Source of the DNA: Trichoplax adhaerens | Lineage: Eukaryota; Animalia; Placozoa | Assembly: GCF_000150275.1 (NCBI RefSeq) | Contig: NW_002060944.1 | Span: forward strand, 807,014-871,013 | Reading direction: 5' to 3' | DNA: 64,000 bases | In this document: piece after piece, positions 10,096-25,700 of the stretch | Numbering within the stretch: the first letter of the stretch is position 1 | How the letters are laid out: each line of letters starts with the position of its first letter | Translations under genes and position numbers: made by a program | Notes under the pieces: generated by a model | The model's database searches: none | What the model saw: only the letters and a program-made list of their open reading frames with translations | What the model was told of the DNA's origin: nothing

Positions 10096-13000
10096 ATGAA
10101 GACGCCATTTGCGGTCTTGAATTTCTTCCTTGTGTTTTACTTATCGGCTGTTTTATGTGTTAGTTATCAGCCTACATGGGAATCCTTGGATAAGAGACCT
10201 TTACCGGATTGGTATGATAAAGCAAAAATTGGCATTTTTATGCATTGGGGAGTATTCTCGGTGCCGAGTTATGGCCACTCTGGTGCTGCTAGTGAATGGT
10301 TTTGGCATAACTGGAAAAGGAACAAGCCTGATGCAGGAACAGTTCAATTTATGAAGAAAAATTTCCGCCCTGATTTCCAATATACTGATTTCGCTCCCAT
10401 GTTTCGTGCAGAATTGTACGATCCTTACGAATGGGCTGAAATAATCCAAAATTCTGGCGCAAAGTAAGTGTATGGACCAATACCATCAGTAGTGCATGCT
10501 AAATCCACTGGTCTCCAACCGCTTCACTTCAGTAACAATCATTTATTAAATAACCGATCCAATACATGATCATAGTTAATTCATCCGTCTATACTATAGC
10601 CATCCTACATCAAGACACCATCACCATAGGTATCAGTCTGTAAAGTAGACAGTCATTTATCCATTCGAAAAACTTACGTCATTGGCGATCTCCTTTTGCC
10701 TCATTTCTATCCGATGTAGTAATACGCGTACTTTACTGTACTTTCCATGTCTGATAATATGAAAACTGCACTGTTGATGTTCACTTGCTACTAGTCTTGT
10801 CGCCTTGTCCCCAAAATACCAATAGTTCAATATGTATAGACACTGGTACCACAATAAATTGGTCAACTTATACCGCACAACAGTACTCTACTGTATCCAC
10901 GCTTTGCATTAAAATCGAAAATACTGTACTAGATAATATGTCTACAGCTCACCGTTCAACGAGTTATCAATAGTAAACAATTGCCATCAACAACATTACT
11001 TTACCGGAAAGATTACAACATCATCTTTAAATTATCTTGTACTTATATCCAATCATCATCAATCGATATTCAAAAAAAGAGTATTACAAATTCTCACTTT
11101 CAATTAACCCATTTTGATTGATCCTTCAAACTATAGATATGTCATCTTAACTTCAAAGCATCATGAAGGATATACCCTTTATCCATCCAAGCCTTCATGG
11201 AATTGGAATTCTATGACCGTCGGATCCAAAAGAGATCTTCTAGGTAATGATGATTTAGACATAGATAGTCTTACATTTCTTGACTTCTTCCAAGAGGTAT
11301 AATTTATTTCAAATCGAATACCTTACAACTATCTTGATGGTATATCATTACAAAGTATTAAGTATAAAACTGTCTTCTACCATCTTTCACTGTAATATCA
11401 CATGTAGACATACGTACAATTTTATCGCTTCCATATCATAATTATGTTATCATCGATTACAAGTTGCCAATTTTGAGAATGTCCACTTACAAGTATACGC
11501 GTATATCTCCATCGTGTTACACCTCGATAATACCCTTTCAATCGATTTTATGCTTGAATTGAGTAATACGTACGTACGAATAGGTACCATTATTAAATGT
11601 ATCTTTAAATGCAAGATTGGCATTCTTACAATCGGATAATGCTCTACAAATGTTTCTGTAGTAGCTGACGCAATACGTATGCCATACATACTGTACATTT
11701 AATGGAGATGGTGCAGCAATTTCCACATTATCGCTCTCATTGACATTCATCAATGTCAAGGAACGATCTGCAATACTAAGATGCATTTACTGATCTATCT
11801 CATCTAATCCAGGTGAATTGGCTCATGCAATTAGAAACAAAACAAAAGTTCGCTTCGGTGCTTATCACTCACTCTTTGAATGGTTTAATCCAATCTTTCT
11901 GCAAGATCAAAAAAACAACTTCAAAACTAAAACCTACGTACAAGTAAATGATGAATTATCCTATAGAAATTAATTTCTGCTTGCATAACGGTGATATAGT
12001 TACGATTACGACTCAGTTATAAAATTCTCTATGAAATGAAATTTCATTCTAGTATGTTAGCACCAGAAACACTTTGTCCATTTGATAGGATTGTAGGACA
12101 TTATCACCACTAAGATTTATTTTTACTATGTTATCACCAAGATGTTAATGTTTCATAAAATAATAAATCAACTAGGAAGTTCTAATGCCCGAGATACATG
12201 ATCTGATCGTGAATTATAAGCCAGAGATTTTGTGGGCTGATGGTGAATGGGCGGCGAATGATACTTATTGGCAGAGCAAACAGCTCCTTGCGTGGTTATA
12301 TAATAAAAGGTTATAACTACAAGATAAATCATATTATAGATGGATGATGAAATCATAATTTTATCTCATTGAAGGCTTTATAAATTAACATTTTTAATTT
12401 CTACATAAATTAGCCCTGTCAAAAATACCATTGTCACTAACGATCGATGGGGTAAAGGGGATAGAAATAAACATGGTGGTTTTTTTACTGGTGGCGATCG
12501 CTACAGCCCTGGCACTATACAGAAGCATAAATTTGAAAATGCCATGACTATCGATCGTTATAGCTGGGGTTTCTCTCGGCCATCTAACCTAAACGCTTAC
12601 TTGACTATTGAAGAATTATTATCAATTTTAGCTAAAACAATTAGGTATGGCTTTGTTAAGCATAGCACTAAACGTATCTATACGTTATTATGTGCAGTAC
12701 ACTAATTATCTATTGGTATTATATTATAACTAAACAAAAATTATATATCACTCTGATGCAATCGTGCTCATAGCTTGCTAATCTTTGAATTGTTTTTTGT
12801 GTCATAAATAGTTGTAATGGTAATTTAGCCATTAATATCGGACCAACACATGATGGTCGTATTGTACCGATCTTCCAAGAGAGACTGTCTCAACTTGGCC
12901 AATGGCTAAAAGTAAATGGTGATGGCATTTACGAGACTCGACCATGGCATGTGGCCAAAGACTCTAGTAACAGTAATGTTTGGTAAGCTAGCCCATAGCA

Positions 13001-13362
13001 AGCTACTTCAAAATTTTTTATCTAGACAAAAGACTTAAACAACAAACACAGTAGTACGCCTACATGACAGATATATTAAGACAACTGACAGTTTAACACC
13101 TTTTCTTCTCAGGTATACATCCAAGAATGGTACTGTGTATGCTATCGTTCTTAAGTGGCCAGGTTCTACTTTATCCTTAGCTGAACCAATGGTGCAGGCA
13201 AAGGAAACTAAAATTGGTTTACTTGGGTACAAAGGGAATTTTTCATTTAAAAGTCAATCCAAGAATAAGGGAGTCATTATTAACATTCCACCATTAACCG
13301 TTGCTCAATTACCATGCAAGTGGGCTTGGGTATTTACATTTACTAATTTAAAAAATAAGTAA
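10096..13362 (+). CDS. FUCA: Alpha-L-fucosidase (GH29, FUCA1/FUCA2-like), 7 exons
   Basis: Exons 10096-10463, 11137-11243, 11813-11943, 12176-12309, 12414-12644, 12812-12982 and 13113-13362. Signal peptide followed by [50 protein letters not shown], nucleophile motif LWADG, NDRWG, INIGPT and a C-terminal PCKWAWV. Confidence 0.97.
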
Positions 13363-13813
13363 GATACTGTAGTGTGAGGTGGTAGAGCTTACCCAAATCG
13401 CGATAACTATTATTATTGCAACTAGTCTTACATCCTATGTTACAATATGCTGTAGATATTACAATGCATAGTATCGTTTTAATCTTGTCAAACCAATCCA
13501 AAAATTGGTATCACAGTGTATGGATAGATTCCTGAACTGTTCCTACTTTTAAAATTGTCTTAAAATGCAAATTTTTGTCGTATTCTGTGCATCTTGTAGT
13601 GAATATTTCTTAATTTTACAGGAAACATTATCGCACCATGGTGCTTTTCCATTAACACCGTATGATTTTTAATTCTTGTAGTCATGATGGTATAATCTGT
13701 AAGATTACGTAATCATGTATCAAATTCAGTTCCAAGACCACTGATACATCACAAAGATCTATCAGAAGTGCGTTTAATGAATTTTTTATCCAATGGTATA
13801 TGTACTTGGTAAA

Positions 13814-14304
13814 CTATGATGACGAATCAGTGTCGGTTTGATCATAAAGTAACTATAGCGAATAATATGTTTATGTTCTCGTTTGTTTATTAAATGTAAA
13901 CACATTTCTATGTTCTATGTAGGATTAGGTATATACTAGATAAAACAATAAAAAATTACAGTATTGTTAATGGAATCAAACGTAGGTGGAAATTATTGAT
14001 GCAATAAACTACACAATATACATATTAAAATTTCGCGTACACCATCTTCTTCTGAGTACTCCCAATCACACCAATCGCAAACATTACACTTTACAAATTC
14101 ATCAAAGCTAAGTTTTTTGCTCCTCTCTTTCCATGCACGGCAACTTTAACACAACGGAAGAAATCCACACGTTTTGATCAAAGTAAGTATAATAAGCACT
14201 TTATTAATGAATTATGTGCAATATGAAATATTAAAATGAAACAAAAAAAGACTTAAAGTTCATAACTAGCATCTATTGTATGTTGAATCTATCCATGACA
14301 GCAT
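13814..14304 (-). CDS. Candidate 59-aa Cys/Trp-rich microprotein (3 exons), unknown function
   Basis: Exons 14304-14267, 14143-14041 and 13852-13814 join in frame through GT-AG introns to give MLSWIDSTYNRCYCRAWKERSKKLSFDEFVKCNVCDWCDWEYSEEDGLLYDQTDTDSSS*. No homolog recognised. Confidence 0.35.
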
Positions 14305-14857
14305 TTAAACTAAGTGCAGCAAATTGATTTCATCAATACTAAGCTGATGCAGTTCTTAACTAAACAAAGTAGTTGACTACGGTTGTTATGAAAGTCTAAG
14401 AAGTTGTCAAGAAATAGATATCTTTCTGCTTTAAACAAATCATTCATCATCTTCGACAGAGAGAATTGAATATGCAAAATTGCTTCTACAGGTAAAGACA
14501 ATAACAGTGCTAGTAGAGTCACATTTCAAGATGATACAAACAATCATCCGACGATGGCATTATTCAAACATATCTTCGATAACAATACAGGTTTTCAGTT
14601 TACAATTAACTGTACAAAAAATCGCCACTTAAAACCAGCAAATATACTGTGTAATAGGCTCCTAGATTATACCAGGATAAAAAATGCAACACATATTTCA
14701 CATACGAATAATTTAAAACTGGCATAGAGACTGAAATCGGGTATTACCTATAAAATAGTGTTTACGTAAATATAATGCTACATAATATTATAAAAATTGC
14801 CACAACTTGTATGGATTACTTTAATTTCTCACGTAGCAAAAACAATTGTTCACCCTT

Positions 14858-17663
<2,806 letters not shown>

Positions 17664-20600
17664 CAGGTGAAATTGCAAATTATTTAGTTATTCTATCCAG
17701 TTTCCACCTATGCAAAGAAATAAGAAATAGCCGTATGATTAACTAATTGCACAGTATCTATAGTTTCAGCAGTAATTCCGTTTAATCATAGGGTAATATT
17801 GAAGAACATGATTAATATGCTCCAGATAGGCTCAAGACAAAAAACGGCATACAGTACACAAATAGTAAGAGTGGAAAGTAGAAACTTAAAGTTGTTCATA
17901 AACTTTCATGTATAGGTAATTGCAGCGTCTACGTGAAGTGCTAGTTTTGCATCATACTCTTAGGTGTGGATTGCAATTCTTTTTTTGGCTAAACATAAAA
18001 TCAAGCATGAATATCAAAGAAGTAGGAAACTACTCTATTTAAATAGTCTACACAGCACTGCCATAGTGGTTAGATAGACAACGCATGATATCTACAGCCA
18101 CTACTACATTAATAATTGCAAATTACCGTAGTACAATCGACTAGGTATTGCCTATTTAAATTTTTATTCATCACTACAATCTATATAATTTCGTGTATCC
18201 TTAATCAGAAGAAACCATAGATAAAAACCAGCGATTGAAATAGAGAACGCTTGAGAAAGATAATTTGAAAGATAGATTACTATAAATTGTTGTATTGGTA
18301 TAGACATCCTACCCCATGAAATGGTCAATGTTAGTAAATCTATTGCCCAATTTTGGCTAAGACTAACATCGCAAGGTTAATTTATAAGGTGTGGTAAAGA
18401 CCTTATTCAGGCTTTGACGATATAGAAATTAACTTGTAAAATTTGCTGAAGGAGCAATCTGTAGATACAATGAAAACTCCAATTTTGTTACATTCTTAAA
18501 ATCAATTTACTGCAGCAGATATGCAGCTAATTGCAAGGTGTGACCGCCTCACAACATGATCAATATATTGTCCTTTCCATGTAATCATGTTGTGCCTTCT
18601 GGACTCTCTGTTCGATTAGTTCACGGTATCGTGATCTACGAATATGATGGGTGGTTGCTATTGTCGACATGATTAAATTAGATTTAATTTAATTTATTAG
18701 AGTTTTCCATAGAAACTTAAACACTTCCATCCGAAGCAACTCTTTCGAATTCTTTTGGCTTAATGTTACTGATGCACTAGTCCACAGTCAGTGCTCACAC
18801 ATTTGTTATACATCCACTTATTCCATATCTTATGAGTATTTGCGTCGTTGCACGGATTTAATGCAATAAATAGGATAATCATTTTGTTGCAGTTTATCCA
18901 TCATTGCAGATATATTGATCATCATAGAATACTGTACAGTACGCGCATTTATTGGCAATGACTTGTTGTAATTACTGCAGCGCTATTTTAAACATGCTGT
19001 GTAAGTATCATAAATTTATTCAGTGCAATCAAAATAGTACTAAGGTTGCACATGAGGATCAGCGACTGCACATTGTACAATCTCAAAGAAGTAGATCATG
19101 CCTCGAACTATCCCTCTCCTAACGCCAATAATGACAAATAAAGGTACTCGTATTACCAAAAACAGTGAATGGGATTATGACTAAATGTGCATAGAGATCA
19201 TTCTAGTCATATACCTGATAAAAAAAAATAAAAAGTTATACCTTTGGTTGAGGAATATGAATCGATGCATTAAAAGATACTTAGTACTCGCACGGTAAAT
19301 TGCAAACATCGTACAGTATAGCCATTAGATAACGTTACAAATGTTCCTTTAAGTGTACAATAGCTCAATTGCTTTCCTGCGATTGTTGTTATAATATTTT
19401 AAGCATAAACATGCCGGCATCAGTACAGTACTTGCAAAAGCACGCTTACAGGTGCAGCGTGGTGTTCTATACTCTTATTGTATTACAACATTCAACAAGT
19501 ATGATTGAACTGGCAATAAAGACAAGCTACAGTATAACAATCCATATTGAAAGCATTAGAGCAACGCATAGGAAAAAAAGAAGAATACAGTCATAGACCT
19601 AGAAAATTGTTGATAGTGGAATTTCATGTACAACAAATTGATCCCCAAAAAAGATAATCCCAAATAACTTTGTAGTTTAGTTCTAATTAAATATCCTACT
19701 AGCAGATTAGTAGCATAATAAATTAGCTCAGAAGCTTATAGTTATCCAAATAATCTTATTTTGTCACGTTAGTCAGCATGTACAGTGCAGTAATATATAT
19801 ACATGATAAGTTCAATCTACGAGTTCTATGATGGGCCTCAAAACTACCGGTACTCGTCGACGATGTCATTACCTAGTCATTAAAATTAGCATTGGTCATG
19901 CTACTAACTGTAAATCATTAATCAGATTAGCTAGATAATAAATTGGTTCTAAATGCTGTAGTCCACTATGTAAATACATCAGAATACAGTATTACCTTAT
20001 TACTACAATTAATATTCCCAAATTAGGGTATTAAATTTATACTTTAACAGTGCTTTAAGCCGTAATAAGAATCTACAAGTACGATGGAATCTTATCAAGA
20101 TAAGTATTTATGCCTTGGCAATAACTATCCAGTGGTTGTTATTCAATAGCTACTAATTTAATACGTAGTCTAAAAGATATGCGCGTACAAATTCTGAGAG
20201 CGTTTGTTCCTTTTATTTTGCACGATGTACTTATGCGTATCCAACACCTGACTTAAATAATTACAAATATAAGAAATAGTTAATTTGCGTATCTGCCGTA
20301 GAAGCTCTAAAAGCTAGGGACTTCCATCTACCGTGGTACAGCACTGTACACTGTACAGTCTGTACTACGAACCTTACGAATCTTATGTAAGATATTTACT
20401 TACTGAATGTAAATAAACAGTGTATGATCGTATAAACAGTATCAAGATCAGAGTCTTCAAACTAGTACTGTACTGACTACTCGTACAATATAATATCAGA
20501 CCAAAACTATGCAACTCTAGCACAGCCTGTTACTTGTTCACTGCCTGGCAGAATAGATTGCCATATAAGCATTCAATTAACATATAGTCATTCACCTTGC

Positions 20601-21343
20601 ATACACCGTAAAATAAAAACCCGGCAGGGGTGCAATTGCTTGTGACTGTGCGTGCATAATTAGACTCAAAAGATAACTGCAATGATTCTATTAGCTACCA
20701 CCAGGGTCACTTTAGTACCGTATAGGTATAAATGAATTGTGGAGAAGAGCTAGAAATGGTCGAAAATTGTTGACAACTTTCATTGATTCCATTCTGCAAC
20801 TTTAAATCGACCGTGACTAAGGAAGTTGTACGTAATCCAAAATGTCGCAGCCTAAATTTGATCTACGTACATAGTACGCTCTATTAACTTAAGATGTATG
20901 AAAGCTCGCTTCCTGAGCCAAGTCGGCATGTGCAGATATCGATTATCAAAGTCGACGTAATGTGTCGATCAGCAGGTGTTTGCTCAACTTGAACAAAAAT
21001 TACAAAAATGTGCCGTGCATATTATGTCATTGAAAGCGCGACTTAGAAAAATATTCGTCATTCAGTCTAAAACTCAATAGCCAACATCAACATTGCAAAG
21101 ACTTGATCAATTATAATCTATAGAGTAAGGACATAGCACAATTTGAAAATATTTATACTCTAATTGAAAAAGTACAGTATTAGCTGAAATGGTGAATACT
21201 GTGCAGTAGTAAGAACACATTTTGTCGTTTTGCCATGTGCGATTATGTGATAAGGATATCATTTCATAATTTTAAATCTTAATTAAAAAATATTCACTGT
21301 GTATAATAAATACGTCATGATTATATCATCCGCAAGGCGTACT

Positions 21344-21372
21344 GTATATATATATATATTATATATATATAT
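21344..21372. repeat. (AT)n microsatellite, interrupted
   Basis: tatatatatatatattatatatatatat. Confidence 0.85.
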
Positions 21373-22374
21373 TCCCATATATTATATATCATGATAACCT
21401 GACAATACAGCATTAGAAGCATGAAATCGTAAGCATAATGCTACAGCAGTTTACCTCTCAATATTGTAGAATAAAAATATAGTATGTATGGTTGCATCGT
21501 TGTATTGCACTTTTACATGTATTTTACTGTATTGGGTGTTTGATTGAATTAGCTCGACATAGACCGAAACTAAAACTATGCAAAGTCCCCACTTTTTTTT
21601 TGTAGGCCTTCTAAAAGTAAAGATGTGAGCGTTAAATATCAAAGGTTTTTGCATAAATGGCGTTTGCTTACCGTCCCTAGTCATTAGAACAGCATATTAT
21701 TCATCATCCATTGATTGCCTTTCAACATCAAGATACTACGACCGAAATGGGAATAACTGAACAAATACTACGAGCAAGGCTGGCGATGATGGTTGATCCT
21801 ATGGCAGCCGTGGTGGTGTCAATTTGATATAGAGTCAGCGCAACATGGGATAAGACAGTAGTTCAAATAATTGCTATCACCACAGGCAGAAAAAATAACT
21901 TGGATCGGATGAACAGTGACAGCAAACAAAATATCAATTCTAAATTTAGAAATGCAAAAAAAACGTAGACTGTGGTCATAAGTCAATCATCGCTTTACCG
22001 TAAAATAATGGAATGACTGGGATCTAAATAATTGACACCGCAGTATCATGTGCATTTGATAACTTGTATTTAGAATTGCATGAAATTAACGCTTGATGAC
22101 ATAAAATAACAAAGTAGATTGTACACTTTAGCAAGGTGTACAATGTACAACTTGGATTCTTTGAATTTTAATCATTTTGCTTTATTTTGGGGGCTATTTA
22201 ATGAATTACTATTGGTATCGACCGCCTAGCTCTTCAGCAGTGAAGCTCAACTGTGTAATGATCCATATCTCCATTTTCTCATCATTTAAAGTACATGATT
22301 TGCTGGCCTAGCCTCTATTGAAAATGCAAATCATTTTTTTCCAATGGAAGAATACATTCTATCCTAATTTCACC

Positions 22375-22795
22375 TTTTTTTTTCTTTCCTCTCTCAGTAT
22401 GTTTCTTTCTCTCTCTCTCTCTCTCTCTTTCCTCTACCTCATGCTAAGATTTGGCTGTTATCAGCAATATGTTGATATTCTTTGGTGGATAGTGTGTATG
22501 ACCAGGGCAACCTTTCCACTGACCGGTGTGTATCGGTTGGCAAGGATTGGATCGATAGGAATAATACTGTTGACTAATTATTGTAGTTGCTTTTGAAAGC
22601 AATGAATGAGGGATGGAGTATTCTCCTCAATAGTAACAATAATAATATGATTATTCTACTTTGCCATCAGCAATGAAATAGGAATTTTTATTCTCTCTTG
22701 CTATTGATTTCGGTGGACACTAGTGGATCGACCACGTCATGGCCATTTTTTTTCTCTCTCTCTCTCTCTCTCTTTCTTCCTTTCTTTCTTTCTTT
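22375..22795. promoter_or_regulatory. Two poly-T + (CT)n/GAGA tracts, probable promoter region
   Basis: (CT)10 at about 22409-22428 and 22754-22773, each preceded by a T run; nearby ATTGG/CCAAT boxes and locally higher CpG. Promoter role is inferred. Confidence 0.4.
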
Positions 22796-25700
22796 GAATG
22801 GTCAATCCAATGACGACTGTGGTGTGTCATGTTGCATGCAACACGTAACACGACGTGTCGTACGGTACTGGGATGTGTTTCCACGTCGATCGATTTATTG
22901 CCACTATCCAATAAGCAAGTTGGACTAACAAAGACGAGCTCAAGACAATGCATTGACATTGAATAGGCAATGAATAGGTCAGTGAATGATACCAGCCAGT
23001 CATCCATGACGGTCATCCCAAGCGATCGTGTTGACCCGAGCTGACTCAACTCTTGACTTGGCTAGGCATGACTGACGCTCAATGGTACTGTACCATACTG
23101 TCAATGCAATTAACATCAATTATATCGGATGCAGTCATAATCAATCAACATCATTCCAATTAATTGTGAATAATATGATGAACATTAGGTTGCTATTCAA
23201 TTTTCTTCTATCCAACATGGAGAATGAATGGAATATGCAAAATACTTCTCTAATATCAATACGGTAAATTAAATCAAAGTGATTAGGATGGGCACCGATA
23301 ACAGAACACACCCTAGATCTCATCAAGGGATGAAAATTCACATTTTTAATGGGTCCTTTCAGTCATTTTTAAATAACGCCATGGAGACGGAAGACGATGG
23401 TCATCGATTGGATCATCGTCTACGATCTCGTTGCATGGCAATCATTGCATGCTCAATCTCTTGGACTGTTTTGATCGACGACGAGAGCAGAGGTCGAGAA
23501 AAAGTAATTATACTGACATCAAAAATAACAGGTGGTCCTTCATGGATAGATGAATGATTACAATAATAATAATAATAACATGCAACGAGATTCCACTCAT
23601 TTCCAACGTCTCTACAGTACAGGACTACAATACAGTCCATCCACCATGAAAAAATGATCACATCCAGTTTAGGCTAACATGCACAAGATGACAGAAAATA
23701 AATGGACGAACTGGCTATCAGTAGGACTATCTTCATCCTTGTTATCGTTGAAGGATAGACAACAAACGTGGACAGGATCGAGAAGGATGGATAGTTTAAT
23801 TGAAAAAAAAAAAAATTCTGAAATGGATGATAATCATCATGTGCTAATATGAACAATCAAATTCATATTAATTGCAGTCTTTCCATCAACGATTCATCAT
23901 CTCTCTGTCATGACTACAATGTACGACCTTTCTTAGCCCAATCCCTTCTATTTGGATACAACAAAAAATTATGTAAATTCTAAATGATAGAATAAAGATA
24001 ATGACAACTTGTCTCGCGGCATCTTTGCATGTTTACTCTTTTTCATACGTCTAACCTCGTCTCTACATGCTGTACAACATTGTAATCCATCATCATGCCC
24101 GTCATAAATGGACACATTGAGCCACTCGTAGACGCATAAACTATACTGTATAACATCATCCACCTTTTTTTTTACCTATTCTACAACGATATCCACACTA
24201 ATTTAAAATGAAATTTGTAGCCATCGATCGTTATACACACTAGTAATAATCTAATCGATCGCTTCAATGTAATTCATTAAATAATCTACTCATTTCCCTT
24301 TAACGATGATGTTGATGTCACATGATTATCCTGCTGCTGTTCTTGTTGATCTTTATTGAAGAATGTGCCCCGCAGTATTCTAAACCAATTAGCTAATGAA
24401 TCTTTCCCTTAGTGAAACTATTACTTTTTTAACCTTGATTCTATATGGATGTATTATTCATAGGAACATGGGGTAGTCCTACATAAAAATGATGACTGTA
24501 TACTCGAGACTAGAAACAGTTCCAACTTTATCATACATAGACAACATCTTCGTTCAAGAAAATGGAAAGAAAAAAAAATTGCTCTCCAACCTTATGCGAT
24601 TGGGCGGGTTATGATCCAACGTCTGCAACGTATACTCGTTGTAAGAAGGATAAATTTCATCTTTCTACCTGCACGTTTATTCATGGGATGCATTCACATC
24701 GGTGTTTCTCCCATCTAATTTTATTTGCATCGTCATTAGTCATTAGTCAGGCTACAAAACATTAAACAAAATTGCTACGATGATGAATTAATTAGTCTTA
24801 TTCTCTATCCAGGGAGATAGAGAAAATATTGACCACCTTTATTTTAATCTCCCTTGGTCTATAACGCACCTCCACTAATTAAAATAATAGCATATCTTTA
24901 CTGGGCAACCGGTATAATTTTGAGAACAAATAACTTTGATCAAATATCATTATTGGCATACAAAATACGTCAGTTATTTCTTGAACAATAAAAATAGAAT
25001 AGTAATTGTGTATTTATTCTGCTAAGGGAAGACCCAATCTGTCTACTCCATCGCCAACTTGATGGCCGTCAATGAATGATAAGAAGGCTGTGTTCTATCT
25101 CCAATCGGAAATAATCATAATAATAATAATGGATAATTAAATGCAGGTTAAAGTCATGTAAAATACAGCTGTAGATGCAATCAATGGTCTTGCATATATC
25201 CAACTACTAAACTAAACAGGGAGGCAAGCATAACAAGGAAAAAAAATAAAAGTGTGCAAACATAAAAATGATTAGATTCATTTATTACAAGTTAAAAATT
25301 AGAGGCCATGGTCTGCCCACTCGTCCTATGTTTACTAATTCTGTTTTGCAAATTCTTGCCAACATTCTGATCCTGGACGACACCACTATACAATTTTATA
25401 GGCACAGCTTGTGGCCAACAAGTTGTTCACTGCAGTTGTCCTCCATTAATTCATCTACCTTCATTCCTATCTACGTTTATCCTCGTCAATTCTTTGTAAC
25501 ATTGTTATATTTAGCCATTCATTTCAACACTTTACTTTCCTACCATTAACAACGTTACTTTTGATCAATGCAATATGTACGTCAATTCATTTAGCTCAGG
25601 TAAAATAATAAATATAATTCATTGTGCCAATCTCCCTATACTATTGTGCTATCATATTGAGATATTTCTCTTAATGGTATTTGATTCATTCAGTTTATTG

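Noticed and set aside
10130-10449. Alternative-frame and antisense ORFs over fucosidase exon 1
   Set aside because: Shadows of the real coding exon.
24590-24680. tRNA-like sequence on the minus strand (GGATCATAACC, short hairpin)
   Set aside because: No pairing acceptor, D or T stems; a cloverleaf cannot be built.
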